Shown piece by piece: positions 37,618-51,581 of a stretch of 64,000 bases of DNA. The stretch's first letter is position 1. Each line of letters opens with the position of its first letter. The DNA is taken from contig NC_092374.1 of assembly GCF_030028105.1 (NCBI RefSeq), positions 197,589,345 through 197,653,344 of the forward strand, read 5' to 3'. The notes under the pieces were generated by a model. It did no database searches. It was not told the origin of the DNA and saw only the letters and a list, made by a program, of their open reading frames with translations. This DNA is from Mobula birostris (lineage: Eukaryota). The position numbers and the translations under genes are program-made.

Positions 37618-37873
37618 GTACCTCTTCCTAGAGATGCTGCCTGGCCTGCTGCGTTCACCAGCAACTTTGATGTGTGTTCCTGTGATAATAAACCTGATTC
37701 TGATTCTAATTTTCCATTCAAAGGCATTGGTGTTCCCATATCAGGCCATAATGCAGCCAGTCAATACACTTTCCACTGCACATCTATAGGTTTTGATGAC
37801 ACACCAAATCTCTACAGTCTCCTAAGGAAGGAGAAACTTTCTTTGCAATTAGATTGATGTGAAAGGTCCAGGA

Positions 37874-39267
37874 CAGGGACTGTCACAATTTTAACATTTC
37901 AATTGGGGGACCATTTCCTTCAGCACCTCAACTCAAAGTTCCTCCTAATTTATAATGACCAGTGTGCGTAAAAAATTGTATTGAACAATGACAACATGTG
38001 CGCGCTGAATTTTTACGTGGAAGTAAACCTGAAGCAATTCTAAGGAAAATATATCACTGATTCAGTTTGTTGTTTATTGTTTAAAAGAAAAAATATAATA
38101 CACATCAATGAGTCTTCTTTCCCATGAACAATACGACTGCAAGCAACAATATCAATCAGTTCACATGTTATTAAAGTTATCTGAAATGGTTGACAAAATA
38201 TCCAGATAGGTGTTTTATTTGGAAATCATTGCATACAGCACTGAATTGGTAGCTTAATTATATTAGAGACATAATCGTGAACAAGATAATGAACATATCA
38301 AAATTGCTTCGTCATTTTTCTCCCTGCTGTCTTTGGCATCTACCCAATCTTTGTCCAGACAAATAAATCCGCCTTCCAGCAGAGAATTCTCATTGGCATA
38401 TCCAAATGACACTCACTTAAACGGTTCCTCAGTTTGTTTTTGATCTGATTCGTGACAGTAAAACCTCTTTCACGAGCAGCGCGAGTTCTAAGAAAGGTTC
38501 CGCCAATGTCCGCCAGCTTTGCAAGGTCACAAAACTCTTCATTTTGAGTTGCAAATCTCACCATTTCAGAAGAGCTGGTAATCAGTTTGGATTTAATTTT
38601 TTCTTGTACAGCAAGTTTGAAGTCATTGCACTGCTTAACTGTGACAGCATTTTCAGCAAGGAAATCAGGATATTTTCCACACAAGGCACTCACCTGGTCT
38701 TTGCCAAAATGGAAGTCACATTCTGCACGCACAGAAAAATCAAAAGCCTCCCGTTCTTGTACCTCGCCCTCAGGAAACCTCTCTTCTAAATGAACACAGA
38801 GATGGATTATCAAGGTCAACAGAGAATTTGTAGTTACTGTCACAACTGTAGCTCAGAAAACTTTAACTTCCTCACTCCAAGACTCTTTGTCTCCCAGATG
38901 CTTCTTGCTTATCTTGTTAATTTTGCCTCGTACAAAATGAAATGCATCAATTGTCATTAAGACACTCCTTTGCAGTCTTCAACAGTGCAGCCTCTTCTTC
39001 AAAGACATCATTTAACACCTCTAAAGCTATTTTTATTCACTGCTTATCAACTTTTTGTGACAATATTTCTTCGGAAATATCGTCCTCAAAATATACAATC
39101 AATGCCTCATACGTGTTTATGATTGCCTGCAGTGTAACGTGTCTAGACAGCATCTCACTTTATTCACTGGTCTGAAAGCAACAGCTTCATTTCCACAGGT
39201 GTTTGCAATTCCTTTAAAAGTGTATCTTGTAGGTGAAGATTGAGAAAACACCCAGAAACCTCCCAGG
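37874..39267 (-). mobile_element. hAT remnant (duplicate)
   Basis: Same 167-aa ORF at 38340-38843. Confidence 0.75.
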
Positions 39268-39431
39268 CCATGCTCTTTACTTGCTGCTGCCATCAGGTGA
39301 GGTAAAAGTGCCTCAGGATTCACACCACCGGGTTCCTGAACAGTTACTACCCCCCAACCATCAGGCTCTTGAACAAAAGGGGATATCTACACTCATTTAA
39401 GGACTCTGTTATATTGATTATAATAAAGTCA

Positions 39432-40477
39432 TAATTAGTGCAGTGAATAGAGGGGAACAGGTGGATGTTATATTCTTGGATTTCCAGAAGCTGTTCAATA
39501 AGGTTAATTAAGATACGGATCCATGGAGTCGGAGGAAGTGTATTGGCATGGATAGTGGATTGGTTAACAGATATAAGGCAGAGAGTTGGCGTAAATGGGA
39601 TCTTCTCCGGTTGGCAGTCAGTGGTGAGTGGGGTGCCGCAGGGGTCAGTGCTGGGCCCGCAACTGTTTACCATTTACATTGATGATTTGGAAGAGGGGAC
39701 TGAGTGTAGTGTAGCAAAATCTGCTGATGACACTAGACTGAGTGGAAAAGTAAATTGTACAGAGGATATGGAGAGTCTGCAGAGGGATATAGATAGGTTA
39801 AGTGAGTGGGACAAGGTCTAGCAGATGGAATACAACTTTGGTAAATGAGAAATCATCCACTTTGGAAGGAATAATAGAAGAGCAGATTATTATTTAAACG
39901 GTGAAAGATTGCAACATGCTGTTGTGCAGAGGGACTTGGGAGTGCTTGTACATGAATTGCAAAAAGTTGGCTTGCAGGTACAACAGGTTAGGAAGAAGGC
40001 GAACAGAATGTTGGCCTTCATTGCTAGAGGGATTGAATTCAAGAGCAGGGAGATGATACTGCAACTATACAGGGTACTGTGTGCAGTTCTGGTCTCCATA
40101 CTTGAGGAAGGATATACTGGCTTTGGAGGCAGTGCAGAGGAGGTTCATCAGGTTGATTCCATGGATGAAAGGGTTAACCTACCAGGAGAGATTGGGTCGC
40201 CTGGGACTATACTCTCTGGAATTCAGAAGAATGAGAGGGAATCTTATAGAAACATACAAAATTTTGAAAGGGATAGATAAGATAAAAGTGGGAAACTAGT
40301 TTCTTTTTTTTAATTTTATTTTTATTTGGATAAGGAATTCACAAATATCATGTACTTTTTTCACACATGTAACCTTTTCCATTTTTTTATATGTATAAAA
40401 CTACAATTATTGATACATTCTTAAGTAGGTAAGACTAGAACTGGGGCACATTCACTTCAAGATTCAGGGGAGAAGAT
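39432..40477 (+). mobile_element. CR1 RT fragment (duplicate)
   Basis: Same ORFs as 25765-26810. Confidence 0.85.
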
Positions 40478-41600
40478 TTATTTTCTGTTACTTATCCATT
40501 TAATACTGTTTTTCTATTACTGTCTTGTTTTTATCTACGGCTTTATTTAATTGCCTGAGAAACAGAGTTTCATTGTACCTATGTATAATGACAATAAAGA
40601 TCATTCAATTCAATTCAAAAATTCAATTTCCGATGGAGATGAGCAGAAACTGCACGTTCCAAACTCACGAGATTTCAGTGTAGCTTTTTTAACTGTTTCA
40701 TTAAGCCATTCCATTTCAAATGAACCCGCTCTTCACACGACCTTAGACCAACTGGACAGGATGCTGTTTGTTGTCACCATCAATATTTAACATCACCATT
40801 CCCACAGTCCTGATCAACAAGCTATGAACACTACCTCACTGCTTTTTTTAAAATTTGTGCAGTTACACTACGTATCTTAATTTAACTGTTTAATATGCAT
40901 ATCTATATACTTACTGTAATAAAGTGCTGTCTTAGAGTGCGTCTGTGCTCCAGCAGGTCCATTTGAATGTTCTCCATGCTGTTCATTCAGACGCTCTTCT
41001 GCACACCACTGTTGTACCACATGGTTACTTGAGTTACTGTCACCTTCCTGTCGTCCAGAACCAGTCTGACCGTTCTCCTCCGACCACTCTCAACAACAAG
41101 GCATTTTCGCTCACGGCAGGATTTTTGTTTTACTCACCATTCTCTGTAAACTTTAGAGAACGTTGCAAACAAAAGTCCCAGAGATCAGTAGTTTTTGAGA
41201 TACTCAAACCACCCTGCCTGGCACCAACAGTCATTCCACAGTAAAAATCACATTTCTTCCTCAACCCATTGTTTGTTCTGAACAACAACTTGACCATGTC
41301 TGCATGCTATTATGCACTGAGCTGCTGCCACATGATTGGCTGTTTAGTTGTTTGCATTAACCAGCAGAAACACGGGATTGGCTGTTCAGTTGTTTGCATA
41401 ACCTGCAGACACAAAGGATTGGCTGTTTAGTTGTTTGCATTAACCAGCAGACACACAGCTGTACCTAGTAAAGTGGCCACTGAGTGTCTGACTGTGACAG
41501 ACCCGATTCTGATCCGGAGCTGATCCTAGCGCCTTACACCCCTGGCCCAAGGGAACCTCCAGCAGCGGGTCAACATATTAATGCAATATCACTAATATAG

Positions 41601-41820
41601 TGGCCAAGTGGTTAAGGCATTCGACTAGCGATCTGAAGGTCATGAATTCGAGCCCCAGCTGAGGCATCGATGTTACCACCGAGACAACATCGGTGCCATG
41701 GAGAGGAGAGACTTGCAGTATGGGCAACTGCTGGTCTTCCATACAACCTTGTCCAGGCCTGAGTGAAAACTTTCCAGGCGCAGATCCATGGTCCCACAAG
41801 ACGAACGGATGCCATAAATA
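41601..41820 (+). mobile_element. tRNA-headed SINE (duplicate)
   Basis: Copy of 27934-28153. Confidence 0.75.
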
Positions 41821-42307
41821 ACTAATATGGACATTATCCACAACCTCCACAAGACTTCTGTATCCTCCAGGACCACATCTCACCATTGAGCCAAACTAAA
41901 CTCTAAAGCTTGCCAACACCACAGGCATGAAATTGATATAAAATAAAATTAATGCTCTGGCCAATTAATCTCTGCTGCCTTTTACACCATTCATAAATGT
42001 ACATGCTGATTTTACCTTCATTAATTATTTTCTGCACTGTCGCCAGGTATCTAAGATTGCCACTCAATCTTACAATGTCATGCTGTATGGTGGCCAATCC
42101 ACGACTAAAGAAAGAAAAAGGCTCGGGGGCAGATGTGAGGCAGAGTTCAGCGCTGTCAACCTCGATAGAAAGTCACTAAAAAGTCATCGGGTAATTTTTT
42201 TAATCCCATAAACAAATTACATAAATGCTTTCCATCGTAAATTGTCATTACATAAATATGAACAATAACATTATCCCCACATCACACACACTCTCGATGT
42301 TTGTTTC

Positions 42308-43391
42308 TGTTATAGCCAGGTCCATGAAGTCCGTATTCCGGTTCACGGTCCGGTCCATCGACCCTTGCTCCAGGTTGTTCTATCTACCCTGTTTCTGTTC
42401 TTGTTGAGCTAATTGAGGTAGCTGATGCTTGTTGGGGCTCGCTGCATAAATACCTCCAGAGACCAGGGCGCGGTTGCTGGATTGTTCCTGTCCTTACTCC
42501 TTGTATCCCTTCCCCTGCCTTCTGTTTTCTCGCCTGAAGCCTTGCCTTGTCTTGCTGGTAACTCTCGCCTCGCCTGAAGTTCTGTCTCGCCTTGCTTTGC
42601 CAGAAGTCCTGCCTTATTTTGCCGGTAACTCTCGCCTCACCTGAAGTTCTCGTCTTGCCTTGCTCTGCCAGTAGCCTTGCCTTTTCTTGCTGTCAGGTCC
42701 TGGAGCCACCCTGTTCCTAGATCCTTTCCTCTGCCGTTACCTGGGGTTGGTTCTGTCCCTTCCTGTCCCTTGCCTCTGTCGGGTGGTGATCCGTGCCCTG
42801 CCCAGGAGGAGCCTGCCAAGCCTCGCCTCAAGTTTCCAGCCTCCTGCCGCGCCTCACTTCAAGTCTCCTGCCTCCCACCTCCAGCCTCGCCTCAAGTCTC
42901 AAGTCTCCGGCCTCCAGCCTCATCCTCAACCTCGCCTCGCCTCAAGATCCTGCCTCCAGCCTCAGCCTCGCTTTGCCTCAAGTCTCCTGCCTCCAGCCTC
43001 ACCTCAGGTCTCCTGCCTCCAGCCTCGCCTCCTATCCTGCCTAGCCTCTAGCCTGAAGACTCCAGCCTCTAGCCTCTAGCCTCTTGCCAAGCCAAGCCAA
43101 GTATCTAGCCTCTAGCTTCAAGCTGCAAGCCTGTAGATTTCTGCCTCGTCCTGCCTGGCTGCCAAGCCTCGTCCTTGCCTAGTTCTAGGGTCCGAGCCAG
43201 AGGTAAGACCTTGTCCAGTCTCTGGCTCGGAGTCCAAGCTCGGGCTCGTAGCTCTCTTGTCCTGTCCTGTTCCGGGTTCCCAGTTTTCCTGTCCATGTCC
43301 TTGCCATCGCCCTGTATCCTAGTCCTGTCCCTAGTACTTCAGTGTCTGTGTCTTGCACTTGGGTCCGTTCCTAGCCACCGCCCTTATGACA
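42308..43391 (+). mobile_element. Solo LTR-like element (duplicate)
   Basis: gtttc|TGTTA...TGACA|gtttc. Confidence 0.85.
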
Positions 43392-43441
43392 GTTTCATAA
43401 CCGACACTACACGGGGAGTATCGCTGAGAGCCCGCAAGCCG

Positions 43442-44219
43442 CCGGGACTTCGCGAAAATTCTGGAGGTGGCGAGGTAGATCTGGTGCAGAGTCTGGCAGA
43501 ATCTGACAACACTAACATCGCTGCGTTACGGATAATTTATTTTAACTTGTTTAAGTCACCTTCCCTTAGCAATGTACTATGCTAGGGCTGCAAAAGGAGT
43601 AATTATGACATTTGAACCTGTATATTTAGACCAAAACAAAAAAAAACTTCTCGCGCAAACTTCACCATCACTTCTGTCAGTCTGATAATACTTTTTTAAC
43701 TCCGTGTCATGTCCTGTTTTGGTCACAAACACCGCAAAAGTCCTTTTGTCAAAACTTAATGTCATAAACTCTGACTTTCAGTTCTATACTTCCTTTAAGT
43801 ACTCTGTTACTAATTTCGTCCTGCCGATATTAACCAGAGCTGTCGATCCTTGTTTGCTGGCTTCGTCCCTTAAGGCCAGAGAATTCTCTCCCCAGAAGGT
43901 GCTTGAGTTTTTTTCTTGCGTGTAGGGAACTTTCGGAAGAAATTGCTGGTTTCGTATAGTTTAAGAAGTGTTTCAAAGGGTTCCCAAATGACTCGGTTTT
44001 CAGCCAGAACCTCCTTGACTGCACCAGATCTTTCTCGCTATTACCAGAATTTTCCCGAAGTCCCGGCAAGTCTCGGACTAGCCGCGCTGTGATTGGCCGC
44101 CGCCTCGGAACCTTCTCCAGCCTTCGGCGGTGAGTCACTCGCCGGCGTTTTCATTGGTTTAGCTGGTCGTCCCTCAAGAACAAAGTACCGCCCACATAGC
44201 TGCGCTGGGACGATATTAA
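43442..44219 (+). promoter_or_regulatory. hsp70 copy 4 promoter
   Basis: Same as copy 3 promoter, offset 13,667. Confidence 0.8.
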
Positions 44220-44321
44220 GGTCCGGAGCAGCGGACCAGGCAGTAACGATCTGCTTGGAGAAGCAAGGAATTCCTTCTGGTATTTCAATACAGAACGTCG
44301 GAGCTTTCGTCAGAAACACAG

Positions 44322-46244
44322 ATGTCTGCACCAACGGGGACAGCCATCGGTATCGACCTGGGCACCACCTACTCCTGTGTGGGGGTCTTCCAACATGGCA
44401 AGGTGGAGATCATCGCCAACGACCAGGGCAACCGCACCACCCCCAGCTATGTGGCCTTCAACGACACCGAGAGGCTCATCGGTGATGCAGCCAAGAACCA
44501 GGTGGCGATGAACCCCACCAACACCATCTTTGATGCCAAGCGGCTCATCGGGAGAAGGTTTGACGACCCGACGGTGCAGTCTGACATGAAGCACTGGCCC
44601 TTCCAGGTGGTGAGTGATGCGGGGAAGCCAAAGGTGAAGGTGGAGTACAAGGGGGAGAACAAGACCTTTGACCCAGAGGAAATCTCCTCCATGGTGCTGA
44701 CCAAGATGAAGGAAATTGCTGAGGCTTACCTTGGCTGCAGAGTCACCAACGCTGTCATCACTGTTCCTGCTTACTTCAATGACTCCCAACGCCAGGCAAC
44801 CAAAGATGCTGGTGTGATAGCTGGTCTCAATGTCCTGCGTGTCATCAATGAGCCAACAGCAGCTGCCATTGCCTATGGTCTGGACAAGAAAGGCAAAGGG
44901 GAGCGTAATGTTCTCATCTTTGACCTGGGTGGTGGCACCTTCGATGTGTCCATTCTCTCCATCGATGATGGTATCTTTGAAGTGAAATCAACAGCTGGAG
45001 ATACCCACCTGGGAGGAGAGGACTTTGACAACCGCATGGTCAATCACTTCATTGAGGAGTTCAAGCGGAAATACAAGAAAGACATCAGCCAGAACAAGAG
45101 AGCGGTGAGGAGGCTGCGGACGGCCTGTGAGAGAGCAAAGAGAACGCTGTCTTCCAGCACCCAAGCCAGTATTGAGATTGACTCTCTGTTTGAGGGTGTT
45201 GATTTCTACACCTCTATCACAAGGGCTCGCTTTGAGGAGCTGAACTCTGACCTGTTCAGGGGCACTCTGGAGCCAGTGGAGAAAGCCCTGAGAGATGCCA
45301 AGCTGGACAAATCCCAGATCCATGAAACTGTCCTGGTCGGAGGCTCCACCCGAATCCCCAAGATCCAGAAGCTGCTGCAAGATTTCTTCAACGGTAGAGA
45401 GCTGAACAAGAGCATCAACCCCGACGAGGCCGTGGCCTATGGGGCAGCTGTCCAGGCAGCCATTCTGATGGGCGACAAGTCGGAGAATGTTCAGGATCTG
45501 CTACTCCTGGATGTTGCTGCTCTGTCATTGGGGCTGGAGACGGCAGGTGGAGTCATGACCACCCTTATCGAGCGTAACACCACCATCCCCACCAAGCAGA
45601 CCCAGATCTTCAGCACCTACTCTGATAACCAGCCTGGGGTCCTTATTCAGGTGTTTGAAGGCGAGAGAGCCATGACCAAGGACAACAACCTTCTGGGCAA
45701 GTTTGAGTTGAGTGGCATCCCTCCCGCTCCTCGTGGCATACCCCAGATTGAGGTGACCTTCGATATTGACGCCAATGGCATTCTCAATGTCTCTGCTGTT
45801 GACAAGAGCACTGGGAAAACAAACAAGATCACCATCACCAACGACAAGGGCAGGCTGAGTAAGGAGGAAATTGACAGGATGGTGCAAGATGCAGAGAAGT
45901 ACAAGAATGAGGATGAAATGCAGCGGCAGAAGATTGCAGCCAAGAACTCCCTGGAGTCCTATGCCTTCAACATGAAGGGCTCTGTGGAGGATGAGAAGAT
46001 GGCCGGAAAGATCAGTGCTGAGGACAAGAGGAAAGTCATTGACCTGTGCAACGAGACAATATCCTGGCTGGAGAAGAATCAGATGGCAGAGAAGGAGGAG
46101 TTTGAGCACAAGCAGAAAGAGCTGGAAGAACTCAGCAATCCCATCATTGCTAAACTGTACCAAGGAGCAGCCACAGGGGAATCGTGCAGGGCACAGGCTG
46201 GGACTGCCAGTTCTGCCGGACCAGCTATTGAGGAGGTGGATTAA
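44322..46244 (+). CDS. hsp70: Intronless Hsp70, 640 aa (copy 4; protein appears identical to copy 3)
   Basis: Hsp70 signatures; ends GPAIEEVD. Confidence 0.97.
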   Translation: MSAPTGTAIGIDLGTTYSCVGVFQHGKVEIIANDQGNRTTPSYVAFNDTERLIGDAAKNQVAMNPTNTIFDAKRLIGRRFDDPTVQSDMKHWPFQVVSDAGKPKVKVEYKGENKTFDPEEISSMVLTKMKEIAEAYLGCRVTNAVITVPAYFNDSQRQATKDAGVIAGLNVLRVINEPTAAAIAYGLDKKGKGERNVLIFDLGGGTFDVSILSIDDGIFEVKSTAGDTHLGGEDFDNRMVNHFIEEFKRKYKKDISQNKRAVRRLRTACERAKRTLSSSTQASIEIDSLFEGVDFYTSITRARFEELNSDLFRGTLEPVEKALRDAKLDKSQIHETVLVGGSTRIPKIQKLLQDFFNGRELNKSINPDEAVAYGAAVQAAILMGDKSENVQDLLLLDVAALSLGLETAGGVMTTLIERNTTIPTKQTQIFSTYSDNQPGVLIQVFEGERAMTKDNNLLGKFELSGIPPAPRGIPQIEVTFDIDANGILNVSAVDKSTGKTNKITITNDKGRLSKEEIDRMVQDAEKYKNEDEMQRQKIAAKNSLESYAFNMKGSVEDEKMAGKISAEDKRKVIDLCNETISWLEKNQMAEKEEFEHKQKELEELSNPIIAKLYQGAATGESCRAQAGTASSAGPAIEEVD

Positions 46245-46760
46245 AGGACTGTAAATGTGACTGTCTGGGGCTTGCACGGTTTGAGCTCTCTCGACACTTC
46301 AGTGGGTCTGATGCTGATGTTGGCACTTGGGAATAGTCTTCACTGTAACACCACGGGGTTATGTCAATGTCCTGAATCTGGCTGTGTTTGTAAACACTGG
46401 TAACTAGGTCTATTCAATTCCTTTGATCGGGCTTTCTGTATTGGGTTACTTTATTTTTTTTAAAGTCATCTGTTTTGGAATGTAAACTTTGTACAGTCTT
46501 AAGTATCTTGTAAAATGCTTTTAATAAATCTTTTATTTTTTAAAAAAATTGGGTGTAATTATATTTCATCACCAGGGAAGGAAAACTTGCCATTTTGTTT
46601 TCAAATACATGAAGTCAACAATTTATAGGTCTTAAAGTATCACTGTATCTCAATAAATGTTCCCTCCTCTTCCTCCCTTTCCCAGGGATATCTTCCTTCT
46701 AATTTCCAGCACACCTTCTTTCTGGATCTCTCTTGTCAACACTTCCCCGCTCTCACAGGT

Positions 46761-47893
46761 GATAGTCATAGTCACACTTTATTGATCCTGGGAGAAATTG
46801 GTTTTCGTTACAGTCGCACCATAAATAATTAAATAGTAATAAAGCTATAAATAGTTAAATAGTAATATGTAAATTATGCCAGGAAATAAGTCCAGGACTA
46901 GCCTATTGGCTCAGGGTGTCCGAAACTCCAAGGGAGGAGTTCTAAAGTTTGGTGGCCACAGGCAGCAATGACTTCCTATGACACTCTGTGTTGCATCTCG
47001 GTGGAATGAGTCTTTGGCTGAATGTACTCCTGTGCCCAACCAGTACATTATGTACTGGATGGGAGACATTGTCCAAGATGGCATGCAACCTGGACAGCAT
47101 CCTCTTCTCAGACACCACCATCAGAGAGTCCAGTTCCATCCCCACAACATCATTGGCCTTACGAATGAGTTTGTTGATTCTGTTGGTGTCTGCTACCCTC
47201 GGCCTACTGCCCCAGCACACAACAGCAAACATGATAGCACTGGCCACCACAGACTCGTAGAACATCCTCAGCATCATCCGGCAGATGTTAAAGGACCTCA
47301 GTCTCCTCAGGAAATAGAGACGGCTCTGAACCTTCTTGTAGACAGCCTCAGTGTTCTTTGACCAGTCCAGTTTATTGTCAATTCGTAAATCCAGGTATTT
47401 GGAATCCTCCACCATGTCCACACTGACCCCCTGGATGGAAACAGGGGTCACCGGTACCTTAGCTCTCCTCAGGTCTACCACCAGCTCCTTAGTCTTTTTC
47501 ACATTAAGCTGCAGATAATTCTGCTCACACCATGTGACAAAGTTTCCTACCGTAGCCCTGTACTCAGCCTCATCTCCCTTGCTGATGCATCCAACTATGA
47601 CAGAGTCATCAGAAAACTTCTGAAGATGACAAGACTCTGTGCAGTAGTTGAAGTCTGAGGTGTAAATGGTGAAGAGAAAGGGAGATAAGACAGTCCCCTG
47701 TGGAGCCCCAGTGCTGCTGATCACTCTGTCGGACACATAGCGTTGCCAGCACATGTACTGTGGTCTGCTAGTCAGGTAATCAAGAATCCATGACACCAGG
47801 AAAGCATCCACCTGCATCGCTGTCAGCTTCTCCCCCAGCAGAGCAGGGTGGATTGTGTTGAACACACTGGAGAAGTCAAAAACCATGACTCTT
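46761..47893 (-). mobile_element. Rex1-clade LINE (duplicate)
   Basis: 314-aa RT ORF 46942-47886. Confidence 0.88.
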
Positions 47894-48792
47894 GGTGCAG
47901 CTTACCAGAAGGCTTTTGCCAGGAGATCTGGCATTGTCACCAAAAACGGCTTAATTAGCTGCCTTGGGAGAGAATCCCATATACTGGGAACGATTAGTAT
48001 TGGCAGCAGGCTCAGTTTTGAGGTGTGTGTTTGGACAGGTACATGGAGGGGAGGTGATTGACAGGTTGCGGGCAACTGGAACTAGCCGGGAGGATGCTGT
48101 TGTGGGGCTTGGACAAGTTGGGTGGAAGGGCCTTTTCCCAGCTGCTCTCCGCACAACTGTTGGCATCACCAACATCGTATCATGTCAGGATGTAAAAGAA
48201 CTTTATCAGCCAAGGACAACCTGAAGCAGGTCTTCAATGCACTGAAGTGATACCACCAATACTGGACACACCCAACACACACATACACTATTTGATACAC
48301 TGATATATGTTGTGAATTTTGTTGTTTAGTGGCAGCAGAACATTGCAATACATTGTAATTTCTAAAACTATATATAAAATACGATAAGAAATACATATAA
48401 AATAAATTAAATAATTATTGCAGAATGGCGGCAAAATACTGTGTCTTAGTGGGCTTGAGATTAGAATTCCGATGGCAGAGGGGAAGAAGTTTTTCTTGAA
48501 AAGTTGGGTGTGTCTTCTGGCTCCTGTATCTCCTCCTTGAAAGTCAGGCAGTATCTATGTTGGGAAATGAACAGTGGACCAACAGCAGACTGTAAGCAGA
48601 AACTCATCAAATCCACTGGCAACAAGTACCCTGCTCATGGACTTTATCTCCTGCCCTGAGGACCAAGTTAAACTATTTTACCAGTGTCAGATATTTCTGT
48701 ATTAACGCCGTGTGGATTGCCGCCTCTGGTATTCAAAACTGTCTCCCTTAAATAGTGAACTGCCTCTGCCCTCTACAATAGAACATGCAGAA

Positions 48793-48919
48793 TTCTTTTT
48801 ATTTTAAAATATACTTTATACAAAAATAAATTATATATACAATAAACCATTCAATAACTTTCCATCCTTTACATACGTTTCCATTGCGGTCTGTACATAT
48901 CCGTACTTATGGCCACCCA
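48793..48919 (-). mobile_element. Short Tx1-type 3' end replacing U1 (duplicate)
   Basis: Copy of 35288-35414. Confidence 0.75.
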
Positions 48920-49834
48920 AATATTTTGAAGATATATTTCCTACTTTTAGGAACGAACCTCCTAGAATACCGTTACCACAAATGCCCTAAATCTAGATTA
49001 TTTGATTAGCTGCTGTAGTTTAGTGCTGACAATTCCAAGACCTTAATCTGCATTTTTTCCAAAAAAGGAAATGTGCGCCACGATTGGTTTTGCAGCGACT
49101 GGTCGTTGCCGAACCCGACCGCACGGTGCCAGTGTTTTCCTTGAGGAAATGCAGGGAGCTGCCTGAGGCCCACAGGGTGAATGAACGGGCGGCCCCGTCC
49201 CCGGCCCCACAGACCGGGATTGCGTTGAGGCTGAAGGGGAGATTAGCCAGGATGTTGCAGGGCTGTTAGCTTTTTACTTATGAGTGGAGACTGAACAGAC
49301 CAGCAGGGTTTCGGCCCAAAATGCCTGTACACAACGTTATGCCAAATAAAATTAAATCCCTTCGGCCGCCGCACGATCCTTATCTCTTCATACCCGGCAA
49401 GTTCTTATTTAAAACTGCACCATATCTGCTTCCACCACCACGCCATGCAGCTCCCTGATCATAAACTAACTCCCTCATCATAAAAATGCAAGTATTTGAT
49501 ATTTCTATTCGGAGAAAATCTCTTAATTTCACATGTTTCCCTCTCCATCCCTCTCTGCCTTCCGCAGGGATCGGTCCCTCCGTGAATCCCTGATCCACAC
49601 GTCCCTCCCCACGGATCTCCCACCCGGCACTTATCCCTGTAAGCACAAGTGTTAGCTTTTCACTTATGAAGGGAGAGTGAACACAGGACAACACACGAGC
49701 AGGTTTTTCGGCCGAAAATGCCTGTACACAACGTTATGCCAAATAAAATTATATCCCTTCTGCCTCCACACGATCCCTATCTCTTCATACCCGGTCATGT
49801 TCTTATTTAAAACGCTCTTAAACTGCACCGTATC

Positions 49835-50350
49835 TGTCCATACATGGCCTCCTCTACCGCCATGATGAGGCTAAACTCAGGTTGGAGGAGCAACACCTCA
49901 TATACCGTCTAGGTAGTCTCCAGCCCCTTTATATGACCATTGAATTCTCCAACTTCTGGTAATTCCCTTCCTCTATCCCTATTTCACTCTCCCCCCCCCC
50001 CCCCAGCTGCCTATCACCTCCCTCTTGGTTCCGCCTCCTTCTATTACCCATTGTGTTTTCCCCTATTCCTTCTTCACCTTTTTTGCCTATCACCACCCTG
50101 CTTCCCCTCCCCCACCCCTTTATCTTTCCCCTTACTGGTTTTTCACCTGGAACCTACTAGCCTTCTCCTTCCCACCCTCCCCCCACCTTCCTTATAGGGC
50201 CTCTGCCCCTTCCCCCTTCAGTCCTGACGAAGGGTTCCGGCCCGAAACGTTGACTGATCGTTTCCACGGATGCTGCCCGACCTGCTGAGTTCCTCCAGCG
50301 TGTTGTGAGTGTTGCTTTGACCCCAGCATCTGCAGAGTATTTTGTGTTCT
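49835..50350 (+). mobile_element. Penelope-like 3' fragment
   Basis: IHGLLYRHDEAKLRLEEQHLIYRLGSLQP; pyrimidine-rich tract; hammerhead tail. Confidence 0.75.
50218..50257 (+). ncRNA. Minimal hammerhead ribozyme motif
   Basis: tcagtc-CTGACGA-agggttccggccc-GAAA-cgtt-gactga; 6-bp stem I. Confidence 0.65.
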
Positions 50351-51309
50351 TAATTTCATCTATACGTGTTTCTCATCAATTTTCAAGCTACTGTATTGGG
50401 TTTTGCCTTCATCCCCGGACAATTGGCAGAAATCCAGGGATGGGTCAGGTTAGATTTGTTTTCTTTGGGGAGGGTAAAGGTGATCATAACTGGGAGAGAG
50501 AGGCCCAGGTAGCGTGGACAGGGTCATTGTTTACCCAGTGGACAGCTGAGTTCAAACCAGAGTTTAGGAACGAGGGTTAGTGGGGCCTGAGAGTGAACTT
50601 CATCTCCCAGAGGGTGGTTGGAATCTGGAAACGTTCAAAGTTCAAAGTAAAATTTATTATCAGCAATTCAGGAACAGCTTCTTCCCCACTGCCATCTGAT
50701 CTGTAAATGGTCATGGAACCCATGAACACTACACCATTTATATATATAATTTCTGTTTTGCACTATTTTTGAACTATTAAATACATATATATAGACTTAC
50801 TGTAATTGATTTACCTATGTATTTATTTTCTATATTATGTATTGCATTGAACTGCCGCTACTAAGTTAACGAATTTCACAACACTTACCTGTGATAATAA
50901 ACCTGATTCTGATTCTAATTCTAATTTTCCATTCAAAGGCATTGGTGTTCCCATATCAGGCCATGATGCATACTCAACACACTTCCCACTACACATCTAT
51001 AGAAGTTTGTCAAGGTTTTTGATAACAAGACAAATCTCTGCGGACTCCTAAGGAAGTAGAAACTTTCTTTACAATTAGATTTATATGAAAGGTCCAGGGC
51101 AGGTCCTCTGAGATCGTGGAGACAGGGGCTGTCACAACATCTAGCATTTGAATTGGGGGAAACATTTTGTTCAGCACCTCAACTCAACGTTCCCCCTAAT
51201 TTGTAATGACCAGTGTGAGCAAAGACTTGTACTGCACAACGACAACATGTGCGCACTGAATTTTTACGTGGAAGTAAATCTGAAGTCATCCTAAGGATAA
51301 TAAATGACT

Positions 51310-51581
51310 TGAAGGGCTCTGTGTAGGATGAGAAGATGGCTGGGAAGATCAGTGCTGAGGACAAGAGGAAAGTCATTGACCTGTGCAATGAAACAATATC
51401 CTGGCTGGAGAAGAATCAGATGGCAGAGAAGGAGGAGTTTGAGCACAAGCAGAAAGAGCTGGAAGAACTCAGCAATCCCATCATTGCTAAACTGTACCAA
51501 GGAGCAGCCACAGGGGAATCGTGCAGGGCACAGGCTGGGACTGCCAGTTCTGCCGGACCAGCTATTGAGGAGGTGGATTAA
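51310..51581 (+). pseudogene. hsp70: hsp70 3' fragment (copy 5) fused to a truncated hAT end
   Basis: Begins tgaagggctctgtgtag (GAG to TAG); encodes [10 protein letters not shown]...GPAIEEVD; full 3' UTR follows. Confidence 0.93.

Larger units (their letters stand above)
22920..49835. repeat. Tandem segmental duplication, offset 13,667 bp over the core (units 3 and 4)
   Basis: ORF pairs 24673/38340, 30655/44322, 33275/46942 all differ by 13,667; only scattered substitutions between about 24.2-35.0 kb and 37.9-48.7 kb. Confidence 0.95.
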
